64,000 nucleotides of DNA from Takakia lepidozioides (GCA_030704615.1 CM060731.1:23312001-23376000), one strand, 5' to 3'; positions 1 to 13,499 are shown, counted from the first letter of the stretch. Notes: a model not told the origin generated them from the sequence alone. A program made the numbers and translations.

Positions 1-108
1 TGAAGTTGAGAACAAGATTAAGTTCAAATCTTGACTTGTTGTGCTTGCAATTGAATTCGTAGGTCATACATGGAAACAGTACTTGTGGTTGAAAATAGAG
101 TGTACTAC

Positions 109-3100
109 CTTTCATCAGGGGGCTCCAGGCTAGCCTTCAGTATTCGAAAGTATGTTTCAAACACCGCAGAAAGGGTCAGCGTCTGAAGTCTCTTACGCTC
201 TGCCAGGTCAGGTGCCACAGAAGCTTCCTTGAAATCAGCTTTCACCTACACCCATCTCTCAGATTCAGAGCAAGGTTGGGACCCAGCTAGAAATGTTCAA
301 ATCCTGTCTTATTACGAGCACAGAACATCCCACCCCACAGAGGTGGGCCGAGGAGGGAGAAGAAAGAGACGACAGCCTGTTGTAGGAAAGATTAAGAACG
401 ATCTTCATAAAAAAAAAAACAGATTCTTGAAAGAGACAAGGACCAACTGGTCCACACTCAATGGCTGTGAGAGTCCCTAGTTGGAGATGTAACACAACTA
501 ATTAGTTGCAACTCAGGTCGGGTACTCAGTGTCAAGGGGTACCCACCTCTTTCCTTAACTGTGCTGCAAGTTCACGCTTCTTAATTTTCTTCTCCTTCTT
601 CTCCTGCCGCTTTGACTTCTTTGTTACGTTCTTCTCCTGTCCTCTTCCAGACATGCTTGACCTCTCTAGGTCATCATCAAAGGATAAACCCATGAAGACC
701 TGCATTCTCCAACATATTTGCTTGCAGAGTTATAAGCAGTTGTTCAATAACCAGCCTAAAAGTAAGATGGGATGAATATTTCCATTATAGTAAATGTAGT
801 TCAATTGATAACCGTATGTTTGTATTCTGCAACCAACCAGAGGCTACCTGAACAGCTCCTGGGCACACCCGGCAACGATGAAGCGTCACAAGCTCTGCAA
901 TCAACTGCACCGCTTCCACAGTGGCTTCCCCACCATGCTTGCTATCATTCTTAAACAATGCCTTGATAGCCTCACAGCTCATTGCACTGGAGCCATCACA
1001 ACGGATTCAAGTCAATAGGTCGGGACATGATGATGGATGAAGAGAGACACCACAAACTATCATGGGCTTAAGTAGACTGTTGTAAGGGGGGTAATCACCT
1101 AATTTCATCCTCAAAAGAAATCATGCGTGGAACAATGGCCTTCAGCAAACTATCTCGGTAGTTGAAGTGTGGGACTGCATCCAGAAGCCCACACATACAC
1201 CTTAGTGCTGTTCGCCGGCGTACTCGAGATTTAGCTGACCGTACCAGCATTTGCACATACGTCTGTCCGCCAAGTGGCACATATCCAAATCAATAAACTG
1301 CCTCAGAAAGGAGGGAATATGTGCAATTATATGCAAACTCCACCAATACGCGCCAGAACCCTGCCAATCTGAAAACACTGAAAAGTTATCATGGACACTT
1401 GGAGGTAGATCTCTCCCTCCCTCTCTCTATGGAGACACTTCAGTCTACATCAAATAACATCTTAGGAGTACATTCTAATTTGGCACTTCATCTTCTTCTA
1501 GGTGGATTCTTGTTGTCTTAGACGTCATAAGCTTCTTTCTTTTTCCTCGCACACAGGCGTATGTCAGGCAGGATCTGTCAAACATCATTCCTGGACATGG
1601 GGTCTGAATCAGCTCAGCAACAGACCCTAGTTCTACAAAGACGATTGACACCAGGGTGACCTGGCTCTGTTTCACTATTACTCGTCCACCATATACTCCA
1701 TATCACAGGTCACATCTGCTTGAGCTTCAGGGCAGTTTGCACAACCTTCAAATTAAGTTAGGCAGGAGTCTTAGTACTCAGTATGAGGATATGACCAGCT
1801 AGCGCCATGCATCCTTATCTAGGCACAGAGGTAACTAACCTGGTAATAACGCAAAAGGGCCCACTCAAAGTCTCGTAACTTTTGGACTTCTTTCGAAACC
1901 TGCATCTCCATTTCCTTCTCTGTGGGTAACCTTATGCGATACCTGATCAAAACGATCCAGAGCACATGGTTATACATACACCCCATGCTACAAGGTTCAC
2001 CTGGGATATATGTGTTATAGAAGAAAGAGAAGGACATTGAGGGTTTCCGCTTCCAGTCTAGACTATATTTGAAGACCCTTGAAGAAGCCCGAGCATCCAA
2101 GCAATCTGTCCTTTGAATGTGCATTCATGAGTTCATGCATAGTGATGACCTACCCAGGCAGTACATCCTTAAAGACAGCCATGGATGACAGCATTGCCAG
2201 CTGTGCAACAGTATCATCTCGGTCAGCGCACATCCCCTGTAGTTCCTTCAGCGATTGGATGTTGCCCTCTGGATCTACAAGCAACCCTGTTGCCAACTCA
2301 GCCATGTGTGCCTTCAATTCGGCCCGCCTCTGTTGTTCTGATATGAAGTTATCCAGTTCATCCTGCAAGCTTCCAAAGTGACCTAGCATCAAACATGGGA
2401 ACTAAAGCATATCTGATCAAATTCTTACCAATGTAAGAGTGGACTGCAAGCTTACAATTTAATGTAACCAATTCAAGGAAAAAAGCATCTAATCACTTAC
2501 GCCTAAATTGTTCAAGTGCAAATTCCATGGCACTCTGTTGACCAGCCCATACCATGGCAGACATGGAAATGAAGAGGCACAAGTAGCTACAAATACAATG
2601 GTCCCCACCAATAGACAACTCTTAACCCCTCCACATCTTGTTGCAGCACCTTGTAAGTTTACAGAAACTTTAATTAACTTATCTATCAACAATACCAGTT
2701 GGTTGCATGAAAAGATTCCATAGAGAACCCACCTGTGCCTGCTCTGCTACATGCTCCACAGCTTGCTCAGGGGCAGCTCTGTCCTCCAGCTTCCTGTCCT
2801 CTCTCACTTTCCTCCTCTGCTGTTTCATCTCTTTTCTGCGCTCTGCCTTGGTAAGCTTGCCTTTGTTCTCATCAAAAAGATGCTCTCCCATAGGAACAAC
2901 CTCTCCATCACTTTGAGCTGCTAGTTCTGCACCAGGCTCCTTACCTTTGCGTAAGAGAGCCCTACGTTCTTCCATGCTTACAGGTCCCTCTGCACCTGTG
3001 GAAAAAAGAAGAATTTATTGCAAAACCTTTACTGGCAGCAGCATAAAAGCAGTGTCAGTCATTCCCTGTTCCTGAGGTGCAAATTCTGTATGGTCAGAGG

Positions 3101-4145
3101 AAAAATTATTCACAATACCCCCATCCTGTAGACATTTCAATTCTCATGCACACTTCATAGGGCTCAAAAAAGCATGCCCATCCATACAGGTCGTGTCGGT
3201 ATTTACCAGGAGCCCTGATGGTAGCAAATGAGGCATAATGAAGCTCGCCGGCCAGTGATTTCACAGGCAAAACATCCACAGGATCCACAGACATTGCCAT
3301 CGCACCTTCATCCACCCTTGCTGAAATACGCTCTGCCCTCTCCTCATAATATGTTTCAAGATCTTCCTTATCCCGTTTGGACTTTGTACCCATCACCTGC
3401 CTGAACCACAATCCCCAAATAAACACCGGAGTCAAAATGCATAAGAAGTAGCAACCTCAGTCTTTCATGATGTAGGACCGGAATCATGAACCAAATATTT
3501 TGTCATTTCCCTCAATCAGCATTTTGCATTGTCATGGCAGGGAGTGGTTTTGGCAAGCTGGCTACGACAGACCCTTCCAGCATCATTCAGGGCGTTCTCT
3601 GCCCATTGGCTGTGCTAGGCATCCATAGATAATCGATGCCGAGTATAATGACACTGAAGAGTACTATTGCCCTTTACCACTCCTCCGATGGCCACGTGTG
3701 AGGTGTCCGTCAGTCTAAATGCTTCTAGGCCTGATTGAAAAGCACGCAGTGCAGCTATGTGGACTGGCATTAACAGCTAAGTTCACCGAAAACAGAGAAT
3801 GAATTGCACACACTTACTTGGTGATCTTAGCTGTGTCCAGGTTCGCCAGGAATCCGGCATACTGCTGATGCTTTTGGAGGAATTCCACATCTTCATCAGA
3901 GACTTCTACCTCATCATCTCCAACTTCCGGTGGCAGTAGGGGCACGGCCACAACCCCCTTCTGACATTTCCAACACCGTAAGCCCAATGTAGGAATCCAG
4001 AAAGAACGGAAGTGCAATATGGGAGAGGTAACTAGTCTTCGAAGAACATAAAAAGTAAAAGATGAAACAAATGACATCACGGAAGGATAAACGATGGCCA
4101 CATGCACAACCTCACCTCTTTCCTCTTCCGCTTGCGAGTGGACAT
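109..4145 (-). CDS. NOC3: Nucleolar complex protein 3 homologue, multi-exon, 3' part outside the window
   Basis: ATG at 4145 gives MSTRKRKRKE (exon 4116-4145), spliced GT-AG in phase to KGVVAVPLLPPEVGDDEVEVSDEDVEFLQKHQQYAGFLANLDTAKITK (3818-3960). Later exons encode VDPVDVLPVKSLAGELHY, LAMLSSMAVFKDVLPG/YRIRLPTEKEMEMQVSKEV and LLDAVPHFNYR, which match plant NOC3 motifs as I recall them. Confidence 0.9.
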
Positions 4146-4655
4146 GGCCGACGATGCCGCAGGACGTCCAGGCATCAGCAACTACCTCCACAGAACGCGT
4201 GCAGGAATCTGCACACTAATCTCAGCAGCACAGGCTCAGCGTCAACGGGAGTCAGAGAACACTTCTCCCGCGAGAGACGAAAGTCATTATGGTTAGGGTT
4301 TATCCGGCTCGGGTTCAGGGTTTCGCCACACCCTTGATCCACACTTGTGAAAGGTTAAGGAAGTGCCATTCCCGTGGGCTGGGTTCAAATCCTGCTACCT
4401 AGTTGTGTGTGCAATCAGCTTCCTTGGAAAAAGGTTAATTGTTTCCTTTTCATTTGATGATCAGCCTCAGTCCCTTTTTCTTGTAAGATAAAGGGAAAGA
4501 GAAAATCCTCTGTTCATCGCTCTCACCAGCCTCATCGACAATGTATTCATCCATCTCGTGTCCGTTAATAAAACATCCATGTGCACCTCCCATTCATCTC
4601 AGTTGTCATCCAACCGGAGAAATCGTCCGGATTGGCGTTAGCTGAACGGCCTTGG

Positions 4656-4778
4656 GACGCGTGGCAGACAGTGACCGTCGAGATGGGATGCGTGGCATCC
4701 CGCCACGCGCCCATCGGGTTCTACGCAGTATAGAGCGACGCGTGGCACCATTCCTACTTGGTAGGGACGACGCGTGGA
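4656..4778 (+). promoter_or_regulatory. Cluster of CE3/ABRE-like CGCGTGG motifs upstream of the LEA gene
   Basis: GACGCGTGGC at 4656-4665 and 4737-4746, GATGCGTGGC at 4687-4696, reverse GCGCGTGGC at 4702-4710 and GACGCGTGGA at 4769-4778. A TATA-like TACATAA follows at about 4794. Confidence 0.65.
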
Positions 4779-4987
4779 CCCTGGATAGCAGAGTACATAA
4801 GACTCACCTCAGCGCACCGCTTCATTATCCTGAACGCAATCGTCTCTATCGCTATCGTCTCTCTCGCAATTCAATCGCTCGATCTTCTTTCTTCTGCTCA
4901 AATTCATTCTCCTGCTCGTTGTTTTGATAGCTTCTGTGAGTTTCTGAAAGCTTTCAGGGTCCCGTTTGTTGGTGTAAAGAGAAAAGA

Positions 4988-6734
4988 ATGGCTAACGAGC
5001 AGTCGTGGTCGTCGTATGCAAAGGACACTGCTGCCCGCGGGTGCGTTCTCTTGTCATTCTTTCTGCGCTGGTCCTGAATGCTTGTTGGAAAGTTTGTTAG
5101 AATGATCTGTGTTGGCACTCCTTGCGGGATTCGGCGAGGAAGTAGTGTTTAGCAATGTATTTCTCAGCGAGATTCTTTTGAGTCCGCCATGAAGAGTGTA
5201 GCACGTGCCTCCTCTCTTCTGGTGATTGCAAGGGATGTTGGCGTTTCTCTCTCTGGTGCTACGAAGAGGCTTGAAACTCGAGAGTCTCTGCGCCCATAGA
5301 TCGCTATGCTTGTAACTGACATCAACTTGTCTAGTGTAGATGCTTGCTGAGTATATCTGAAGAATCCTAAGGAGGCTGTAGATGGGGTCGATTTTGCATG
5401 ATCTGAAAGTGCCGTGGGGTGGTGACAGTATCGATCAGGTGCAGCAGGGCACGGAGAATGTCAGGACCGGTACAAACCAGGTGATCGGTAAAGCACAGAA
5501 TGTTGCAGGTGATGCGTACAATGCAGCTCGGAACACTGCCTCTGATGCGTACAACTCAACTCAGAAGACTTCCAGTGACACCTACAACGCTGCAAAAACC
5601 AAGGCTGGCGAGACCCAGGGTGCCGTACAGGATTATGCACAGCAAACTGGGCAGGCTGCTAAGGACAATACCAACAAGGTATTCTGCTGGAAAGCTCTTT
5701 TAATTTGAGGTTGAGGCTGGTAGAGTACGGAGGGTGCCTATGTGTATTTGTGTGTGGCTGTGCTGTTCTCTAATCGTAGACATAATCTTGACGAAGACAG
5801 CTTATGTTGTCTGCAGGCCTACGACTACACTTCCAACACAGCCAACGCTACCACCGAGCAAGGGAAAGGGTATCTGCAATCTGTGGTGGATACTGTATCT
5901 TCGACCGCTGTCTCGCTCAAGAATGCAGTGGTTGGCAACGCCAATGCTGCCAAGGACACTACATACTCTTCCGCCCAGCAGACTCGTGATGCAGCTGGTC
6001 GCAAGGTAGGTGAGGCCCAAGGTACACTAAATAACGCGAAAGACAGTGCTTACTCCTCCGCCAATCAAAACAGTGAGGCAGCTAAAAGCAAAGTAGGCGA
6101 GGCTGAAGGTGCGCTCAAGAATTTGACACTCAATGCACAAGACAAGGCAGGTCAGGGCGTGCAGCAGTCGCAGGAGTACCTACAGTCAGTAGCGGGGAAA
6201 GTCTCGGGATCTGCCCAAGACACGAAGGACACAGTGGTGGGTAAGACTCAGCAAGCTGCTCAGTCAGCGCCCGATGGAAAGGAAGTGCAAGCGCATGCCG
6301 ATGCAGCCGCCGGCAAAGCGGTTGATGGTGCTCAGCAATCGAAGGGATACCTCCAGTCAATCGGGCAGAATGTTACCGGGATAGTATCGAGTGTAAAAGA
6401 TGCTGTGGTGGGTAAGAGTCAGCAAGCTGTAGACGCAGCGCCCGACTCCAAGCAAGTGCAAGCACACGTCGATCAAGCCACCGACAAAGCCGCAGATGGG
6501 GTTCAGCAATCAAAGGGATATGCTCAATCAGTCGGAGACAGTGTGACCGGGTTTGTTTCGCAGTCAGTTCAGTCCGTGAAGCAGGTGGGTGGTAACGTCG
6601 GTAGCCAAATCGCTCAATCTGCGTATGCAGCAAAGGATGCTGTGGTAGGGAAGTCTGCTCAGGCCACCGATTCAGCAAAAGCAACTGGCAATGCTGCTGC
6701 TGACAAGCTTGAAGCTGCCAAGAATACCAACTAA
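4988..6734 (+). CDS. Late embryogenesis abundant (group 3/LEA_4-like) hydrophilin, about 406 aa
   Basis: Exons 4988-5040, 5429-5678 and 5817-6734 join in frame with GT-AG sites (1221 nt). The protein is rich in A/Q/K/T/D, has 11-mer repeats (AGDAYNAARNT, ASDAYNSTQKT, SSDTYNAAKTK) and longer KGYLQSV repeats. Confidence 0.88.
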
Positions 6735-7793
6735 ACCAGTCTTCATTATGATCATATTCCGCATCTTCAGATCGGGAGAAGCTTCACTTCCAACCGAGTC
6801 AACTCGTTTGTTTAATTGTTCTCACGGTTCTGTGCATGCAAATCAACACAACAGATTTCAGAGTAGATGCCAGAGATAGATGAAATTTGAGAATGTAGAT
6901 TAAACTATCTTACCGATTGTCTTGGTAAGCAGCCTGATCTGTTGCACATTCTTGTCATTCTTTCGATGCAATGAAAATTCCATTGTCTTGACATAGTTTG
7001 CAGCACTTTCATTTGTGTGACTGGTTTCATAACTGCATGTCAACTGCATGTCAACGTGTACATCTCTTTGTAGCAATTTTCTTCACTCTGCATTCCTCGT
7101 CACACATGGTACTCCAATTCTGGCAACTGGCCTCAATGACAGAAAGAATACAGTAACCTTGATGATTAGACTATAATCCAGTCCCAGTACATTATTATAT
7201 GTATTCAAACTGCATGTGACTCGATACACTCACCGGCATCATTCACACCCATTGCTGATGTTTTCGGTTTGAGTTGTTTGTAACTTCGGCAAAGCATTGG
7301 GTGAAGTTGTGCAAAATTCCAGTTTCAGGAACTCTTGGGTGAAAAGCAAAATATTTGTCTCAGGTTAGGGGTGGAGGTAGAGAAAACAGAGTAGAGAGAA
7401 ATGAGTACGCTCATAGCTTGATAGTGACAATAAGTAGAGAGAAATTTCTATTTTTCTGCTGGAGAAGTTGGTCTGAATAGCAAGGCATCAAAGAGCCTGG
7501 GGGGGGGCGGTTAGAGCGAAGGAAAGAGAGATGTTGAAGAAGCAGTGGAAGGATTTGGGGAAGGTGATGGTGCAAGCGTATGTCGTCATTGGATTCTGCT
7601 GGTGGTGGAACGAAACTTCGCCTCTGGGCTGGTGGAACTTGAAACCTCGAAACCTCACATTGAGGTTTAACCCTCTCTCTCTCTCTCTCTCTCGTGTGCC
7701 CCTCCCAAAGGTAATCTGTTCCGCCCTTAACCGGGCGCTGTGTCTACATACACTAGGCTACATCAAGCAACGTCTCCTCTCTCTCTCTCCACT

Positions 7794-7880
7794 GAGCAGG
7801 TAGCCCAGTGGTTGGGTGTTTGTGCCCTGCCTGTGCATAACCTAGGTGATACTGGGTTCAATCCTTCAACATGTGCCTTC
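7794..7880 (+). mobile_element. tRNA-derived SINE-like remnant
   Basis: A-box TAGCCCAGTGG (7801-7811) and B-box GGTTCAATCC (7855-7864) at tRNA-like spacing. No convincing cloverleaf. Confidence 0.45.
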
Positions 7881-8742
7881 AGACCGTCCATTGGGCCCTC
7901 GATGGCCTGTGTGTTGATGGCCTGTGTGTTGAGCAGTAGGCTCGGTAAACTCACTGGACGTTAAAGAATCTTTATGTTTTATCTTATCTCTCTCTCCCCC
8001 TTGAGCAGTAGTTACTTTTGGGCTTCTTTAGGCTGTGGTTTTATCTACTCTGTCTTGTTTTTCCCTTTTCTCCCATAAGCTCTTTGAGTATTCCGTAGAC
8101 TTTATAAACTACCATTTCATTTCATTTTTGTCTCTCACAGCGCACCATACAGATGGTAGCACGCAATACACACACATCACACCACTCACACAATGCAAAC
8201 TGATTCGATCAATTTTTTTTTTAAACTTTTTTTTTAAACTTTCCATTGCGTATAGCCTCTCATTTTACAATAATTGGGATGTTATGACGTGACGTGCGAG
8301 CTGACCGGTGGGCCCCATGCACGGACGCCCCGGACCCCCCGCCCGCGCGGAGCGCCCGTTGCTACTGCGGGCACAGCACCCGCAGCCCACAAGTTGCGCC
8401 CATGGCAGCCCCGCCCACGGTGCGCCACGCCCCAGTCCACTTCCCCTCAGTCCGCTGTGCACGCCAAGCCGCGGTGCCAGTCCCCTCACGTCCACCCTAC
8501 CAGTCCGCTGCCCATGAGTCCGCTTTCCTCCAATCCACTGACGATGCCGCATCTGGATCGTCCGTTCGTAAATGCCATCGGAGCCCTCCATTTTTAGGGC
8601 ATGAATTCAAACCTTATCCCTGCCGCCTGTCAGCAGCCACGAACGTGTGCACTGATGCTCCTTGCACGTTGTCCATCGTGTCCAGTGTACTGCGGCGCAT
8701 TTCTTGCAGGTTCTGAAGCGTGTCCTCTGTACTGTATAGGGC

Positions 8743-11090
8743 ATGGACGTGGAAGCAGAAGGCGACGATAGACTGAAAACGGGAAGCTGGATTATACGGC
8801 CTCTTCGATAATGTTTGCAAACACCCAAACCAAGACCCTTCAACACAAAGGACCTCCATTGGAAGAGAGACACGCAATATGGGTACGCAAGTGAATGTTC
8901 AGAAGGCCTGCATACCGTGGGATAGAGTTGACGACTTTCTCCTTGGAGAGGAGAGTTTGGTGGACTACCCCACTCAGTTTTGGGTGAATGTCCATACTAA
9001 AGTGTAACCCGGCATGCTAAAAGAACCGAGAGCCAACAGTTTTCTGAACAGTATCATGTGTACACCATCCTCATCGTCCTTTTGTAGTCTGATTGCCTGT
9101 CTATTGCCATTTTTCGTACCCACGTACTGTGATTTCATGCTTCCAGAAGTCGATGGATATCGATTGTGATTTTTATGTCCAGGTATCAATGCTGTTACGG
9201 TCCAGATGACAAGCGCACCAACAATGCGATAGTGGAGGATCCCAAACTAAAACGTGGAGGACCTCTTGTGGGTGCTGGACCATCTCACCCTCATAAATGC
9301 CCAAGGAGGAAGAAGTCGAAATATGGAGAGTCTTACAAGCGTGGTTGCCAATGTTGTTTCAAGGTCCAGCAATGCTATCTCGCCCCCGACATTTGTGTCC
9401 TCACGTACTACAACAACATGGAGCATACAGACGCGAAAGGGAACGCCTGTCATGGGAAGTCCGCTGAGTTCAAGAACACTCGCCACGCCTATGCACCACA
9501 CATTAGCGAGGAATCATGGAGTGTCTGTGCCGAGGCCTGTCAGTCGCCCAAATCATGATGGAACATAAAGAGCATGTCATGAACAACACCGGGTTACGGG
9601 ATGCATGGACACGGGACGATTTTTTGTTAGAGCAGGATGTGCGCAACCTGGCCGAGAAACGGGCGTTGCAAACGTTCAAAAAATATGCCAACGATGTGGA
9701 GAGTGTCCGCATGTGGAAAGACCAGAACCCGAAATCGGTCTTCTTCTATCAAGAAGAGAAATTGGCGCCAACATTCAAGCACTACGATGGCGACTTAACA
9801 TTCACAATCGGCATACAGACTGAGTGGCAGAAGAAGCGAATGCTTCAATTAGGCTATGCCCGTATCGTTGCATGCGATGCAACCTTTGGGACAAATCACC
9901 ACAAGGTACTCTTCATCCCTTTCATAATTTATCCGCTTGCACAACTAGTGGATGTGCGCACACTGGCAGCATCTGACATTGTGCATCTGAACAGTTCCCA
10001 TTGTACACGTTGATGGTCTTCGACGAGTGGCTTAATGGTATATCAGTTGCGTATACCATATCCGCGCGTGAGCGGACAATAGACCTGATGCCGTGGATGG
10101 CAGTCTTGCGGGACTCACTCCTCGCAGAAATGTCGGACTGGCAACCCAATGCCTTCATTGTGGACGATGCCGACGCCGAAATAAACGTCATTACGTAAGT
10201 TTCACATACCCTCATGTGCACTTGCGTGCAAGTCCGCTGCGTGCATCTATTGTCAGTCTCTTTGGCAAGTCCCCTGCCATAAAACGCAGTCCTTTGTGCA
10301 AGTCCGGCCCATTCCTTTCTGCAAGTCTACTGGCAAACCAGTCCGTTGATAATGACCTCTGGTGAAGTCCGCTAGAAAACTCACTTGTGCAAGTCTGCAG
10401 CAAGGTCAGTCTGGTCGGGTCTGCTACTAGCAAAGTATGGGTAAGTCTGTTGTCTGTGAAGTCTAGGTAGGTCTGCTACCGGGCCTCTTAAGGGCAAGTC
10501 TGCAGGCCAGTCCGCCGGAGCGGTCTGTTCGCAAGCAGTCCGCTGCAAGAATCACTTGCGCCAGTCTGCTCCGATGTCAGTCTGGTCCAGCAAATCCGCT
10601 GGCAGGCGAGTCCGCCGGAGGGGACTGTTCGGAAGTCTGCTGGCAACCCAGGCCGCTCGGAACGCCCTCTGGTCAAGTCCGTCGCAAGACTCACTTACGC
10701 AAGTCCGATGTGAGGTCAGCGTGGTCAGGTCTGCTGACGGTGTCGTGTGGGCAAGACTCATGGCCGGTCAGAGAGGGCGAGTCTGCTGGCTGAATCCGTT
10801 TGGCAAGTCCACTGGAACAGACGGGCAGACCAGTCCACCAGAGAGTCTACTGGGTTAGTGCCCAAGTCCACCGGCCAAGTCCTCTTTGAAGTCTCTCATG
10901 TGGGCATGTGTACTTTGCAGGGCTGTTTTTGGAGAAGTGCTCATTTTTCTGTGCCTTTGGCATGTCCGGCGGGCTTGGGTGAAGCAATCATGCGCGAAAA
11001 CCAAAGATCAATCACTGCCGCAATCTTGCTAAAGGATATGGGGAGACCTCATGTACTGTAGAGATGGACCAAGCGATTTGTATCAGGACT
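8743..11090 (+). mobile_element. Disrupted, 3'-truncated MULE-type transposase gene
   Basis: Exon pieces encode IPWDRVDDFLLGEE, YQCCYGP..KRGCQCCF, FTIGIQTEWQ..ACDATFGTNHHK/FPLYTLMVFD, FIVDDADAE and LCLWHVRRAW (CxxH). It has frameshifts and ends abruptly near 11090. Confidence 0.8.
10230..10890. repeat. Degenerate minisatellite-like GCAAGTC/AGTCCGC repeats inside a transposase intron
   Basis: Many copies of gcaagtcc, gcaagtct and agtctgc between the GT donor at about 10195 and the TTGCAG acceptor at 10920. Confidence 0.7.
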
Positions 11091-12137
11091 GACAACATAC
11101 ACACATACATGAGCACATTGTCCCAGCAGATGGGATACTGATTCCAAGATGAAACACAGCCAGAAATTTACCAGATGCTGGCGAAAGAGGCAGGGAATTC
11201 ATGAGTTCTTTCGTTATTCCCTTTACTACTTCCTTACTGGCACCAATGACTCTACTAAATATGGAGAATACAAGTTTCTATAATCCAACCTCACCACCTG
11301 GTATGGATATTCCAGATTACCTTCAGCTCGTTATGACTACCCTTTCCCAACAACTCATGGTAAGATTTCAGAACTCTCTCTCTTGCTGGCCCACTCTATT
11401 TCTGGTGTCCAGCTTTGAGCTGTTCAAGCGTTCCGAAAACGTTCTTTCTCTTGAATATTATCCCCAGGGAAATTCTGCAAGGACCAAGGTGACATGTGAA
11501 GCTTCAGTATGCCTTCCAGACTAGAAAGGTTTGTTTGTCGATGAGAAGTTCGCAAAATTTCTAACTTGTTCTTTACATATGATTTGGCATGTGCAAGACA
11601 ACCAGATTAAGATATTGGCTACTTCCACAAGTGATAAACCAAACAGAGAGCAACTTAGCGTTAGAGCCTAGTTAAAGTATGATATTCGTGATGGTAGGTG
11701 GCCAAAGGAGCACATTACCTTGATAAACACCTCTCTGCTTGTCAAGCTCATATTTCACCTTGCTTCCTTTCCCAATCTCCACAACCTGCTTTAATAGACC
11801 TCTGAATAAGTAGTGTTTGGCTTGTGGGAGCTGTCATATGACATTCTATGCGTCTTTTGCTTTTAATGTACAATTTAGTACTACACATCTATTAGGGAGG
11901 AAACATAATATTTCAGTCTCTGCAATCTGTCCTCCACCTCATAGGGTGGGATGACTGGCAGAAAAGTGCACAAAGGGCTGCGCCGTTGTTGCAATTACTT
12001 GTGGAAGCTGGTGTTGCATGCAGTAGGGGTAATCAAGTTTAGACAGGTCAAGATTTGTGGTTCCTTCGTTTGAGTATGAGGATCACCCACTCAGACTGTC
12101 TATGGAGAGCTTGACCATTGTGACCAATAATGACATA
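11091..12137. repeat. About 1.05 kb block duplicated in inverted orientation at 29661-30790
   Basis: gacaacatacacacatacatgagcacattgtcccagcaga at 11091 is the reverse complement of 30751-30790. The end tgaccaataatgacata matches 29661. Confidence 0.9.
11719..11785 (-). pseudogene. Isolated exon of soluble inorganic pyrophosphatase
   Basis: cag|VVEIGKGSKVKYELDKQRGV..K|gtaa matches the family I PPase segment GSKVKYELDK. It carries a 1-nt insertion and no neighbouring exons were found. Confidence 0.8.
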
Positions 12138-13335
12138 TATGTTTATTTTTTTTGTTTTTATTTTTGTTTTTATAAATAAATGAAACAGAGAGGCCGTGGC
12201 ATGGGACTTTATATGGGGAAAAAAATAAAACCCCCATGAACGCCATGAGAGTCACACACTGTAGTGCGACCACCTCTTTGTCTCTCCGAGGCCAGATTTC
12301 GAAGTTCGTGATTTATTCCGTTTGCAGCGGAGTACTAACTAAACCCATACACCACAATCAGTGGAAATAATTGTTTGTTCCCATTTCACACAGGTGTGTA
12401 ACATGCCATGTAAACTAAGCCAACCCCTGCCACGCTCATGGCTATTTTCACACCATTCTTGCCTGGGGTGTGGACCATGGCGACCTTGCGATCAAGCAAT
12501 CCAGAGATGATGTGGAGGGGTTGTTAGTCATGGTGGGATGTTTTTTGTTGTCACCTCGTGCCCTGTTGATCAATACCAGTGAAGGTCACCCATATTTGAA
12601 CAATGATTTATAGTTCGTCACGAGCTACAAAAGTATTGTAATTAGGATGCCAGGAGCAGTACGGGTACCCAATTTGAGGCTTTAGGAACTTTAGGACGCA
12701 CTGCACGGCTTTCTCCCTTCTCACCACAACGCCATTTAAGGGTTGACGAGTTTAGGAACTTCCATTTGAGCCGCACAAGCTATTGAAAGAGTTCAAACAA
12801 CTTCTTGCATGACATTTTTGGACTAGCACTTGGAGCTTCAACACATGTGGGGAGGGAGGGAGGGAGGGAGGGAGAGGAGTGTGTGGTGTTGAAGATGATG
12901 CTCTGATCGAAAAGGAGCTGGTGATTGTAAACCTTGCCCTGCCCTTATCTCCAAGTGCAACCTAAAAAGAGGTGGCACTGCTTGTGCATGCAATACACCC
13001 TTAGTCTCAATGCATACAGGCATAATAAGTATCAATGACAGCTTACCAGGAAGAAGACCTGAGTTGGATGCAACAGGATAAAAACCGGCAGAAGGAAACA
13101 TTTCAGAGAGAAGCTGATAAGCTTTGGGTTCAAAAGCAGTAGTTTTGCAGGAGTTCCATGAGCAAGGCTATACGTTGAACGAAAGCAAATGACGGTTTGT
13201 CTGTAAAATCTTTAAACTTTGTGAGAAGGTTTCTGGTTGGTGAATGGAGAGGGCTGAGGAGATCTCAGAGATATCTTGGTCATACTTCTCACCGCACTGG
13301 GTGTCGCAGGGTGCTTGCCTCTGCCATTTAACTAT

Positions 13336-13468
13336 CACTAGAAGAGAAACCGGCTTTTTCCACGGCTCTGCCATCTCACACCTGGCACATTCCATGGCTT
13401 TTATCACGGGTCTATACACTGAGCCAAGGTGTGGGTCTAAATATGCCCTAACTCTGGGGTATCTCACA
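13336..13468 (+). mobile_element. Orphan CACTA left terminus; its continuation lies inverted at 12344-12477
   Basis: CACTAGAAGAGAAACCGGCTTTTTCCACGG followed by sequence near-identical to 15062-15194. Region 12344-12477 is the reverse complement of about 15195-15312. Confidence 0.85.
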
Positions 13469-13499
13469 AGCTCTTCAGACCCATTACTCAAACCCCCCA

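Noticed and set aside
7794-7880. Functional tRNA gene
   Set aside because: A and B boxes are present but there is no acceptor stem or anticodon arm; treated as a SINE remnant.
8265-8716. Overlapping GC-rich ORFs
   Set aside because: Low-complexity GC-rich transposon leader with no recognisable protein motifs.
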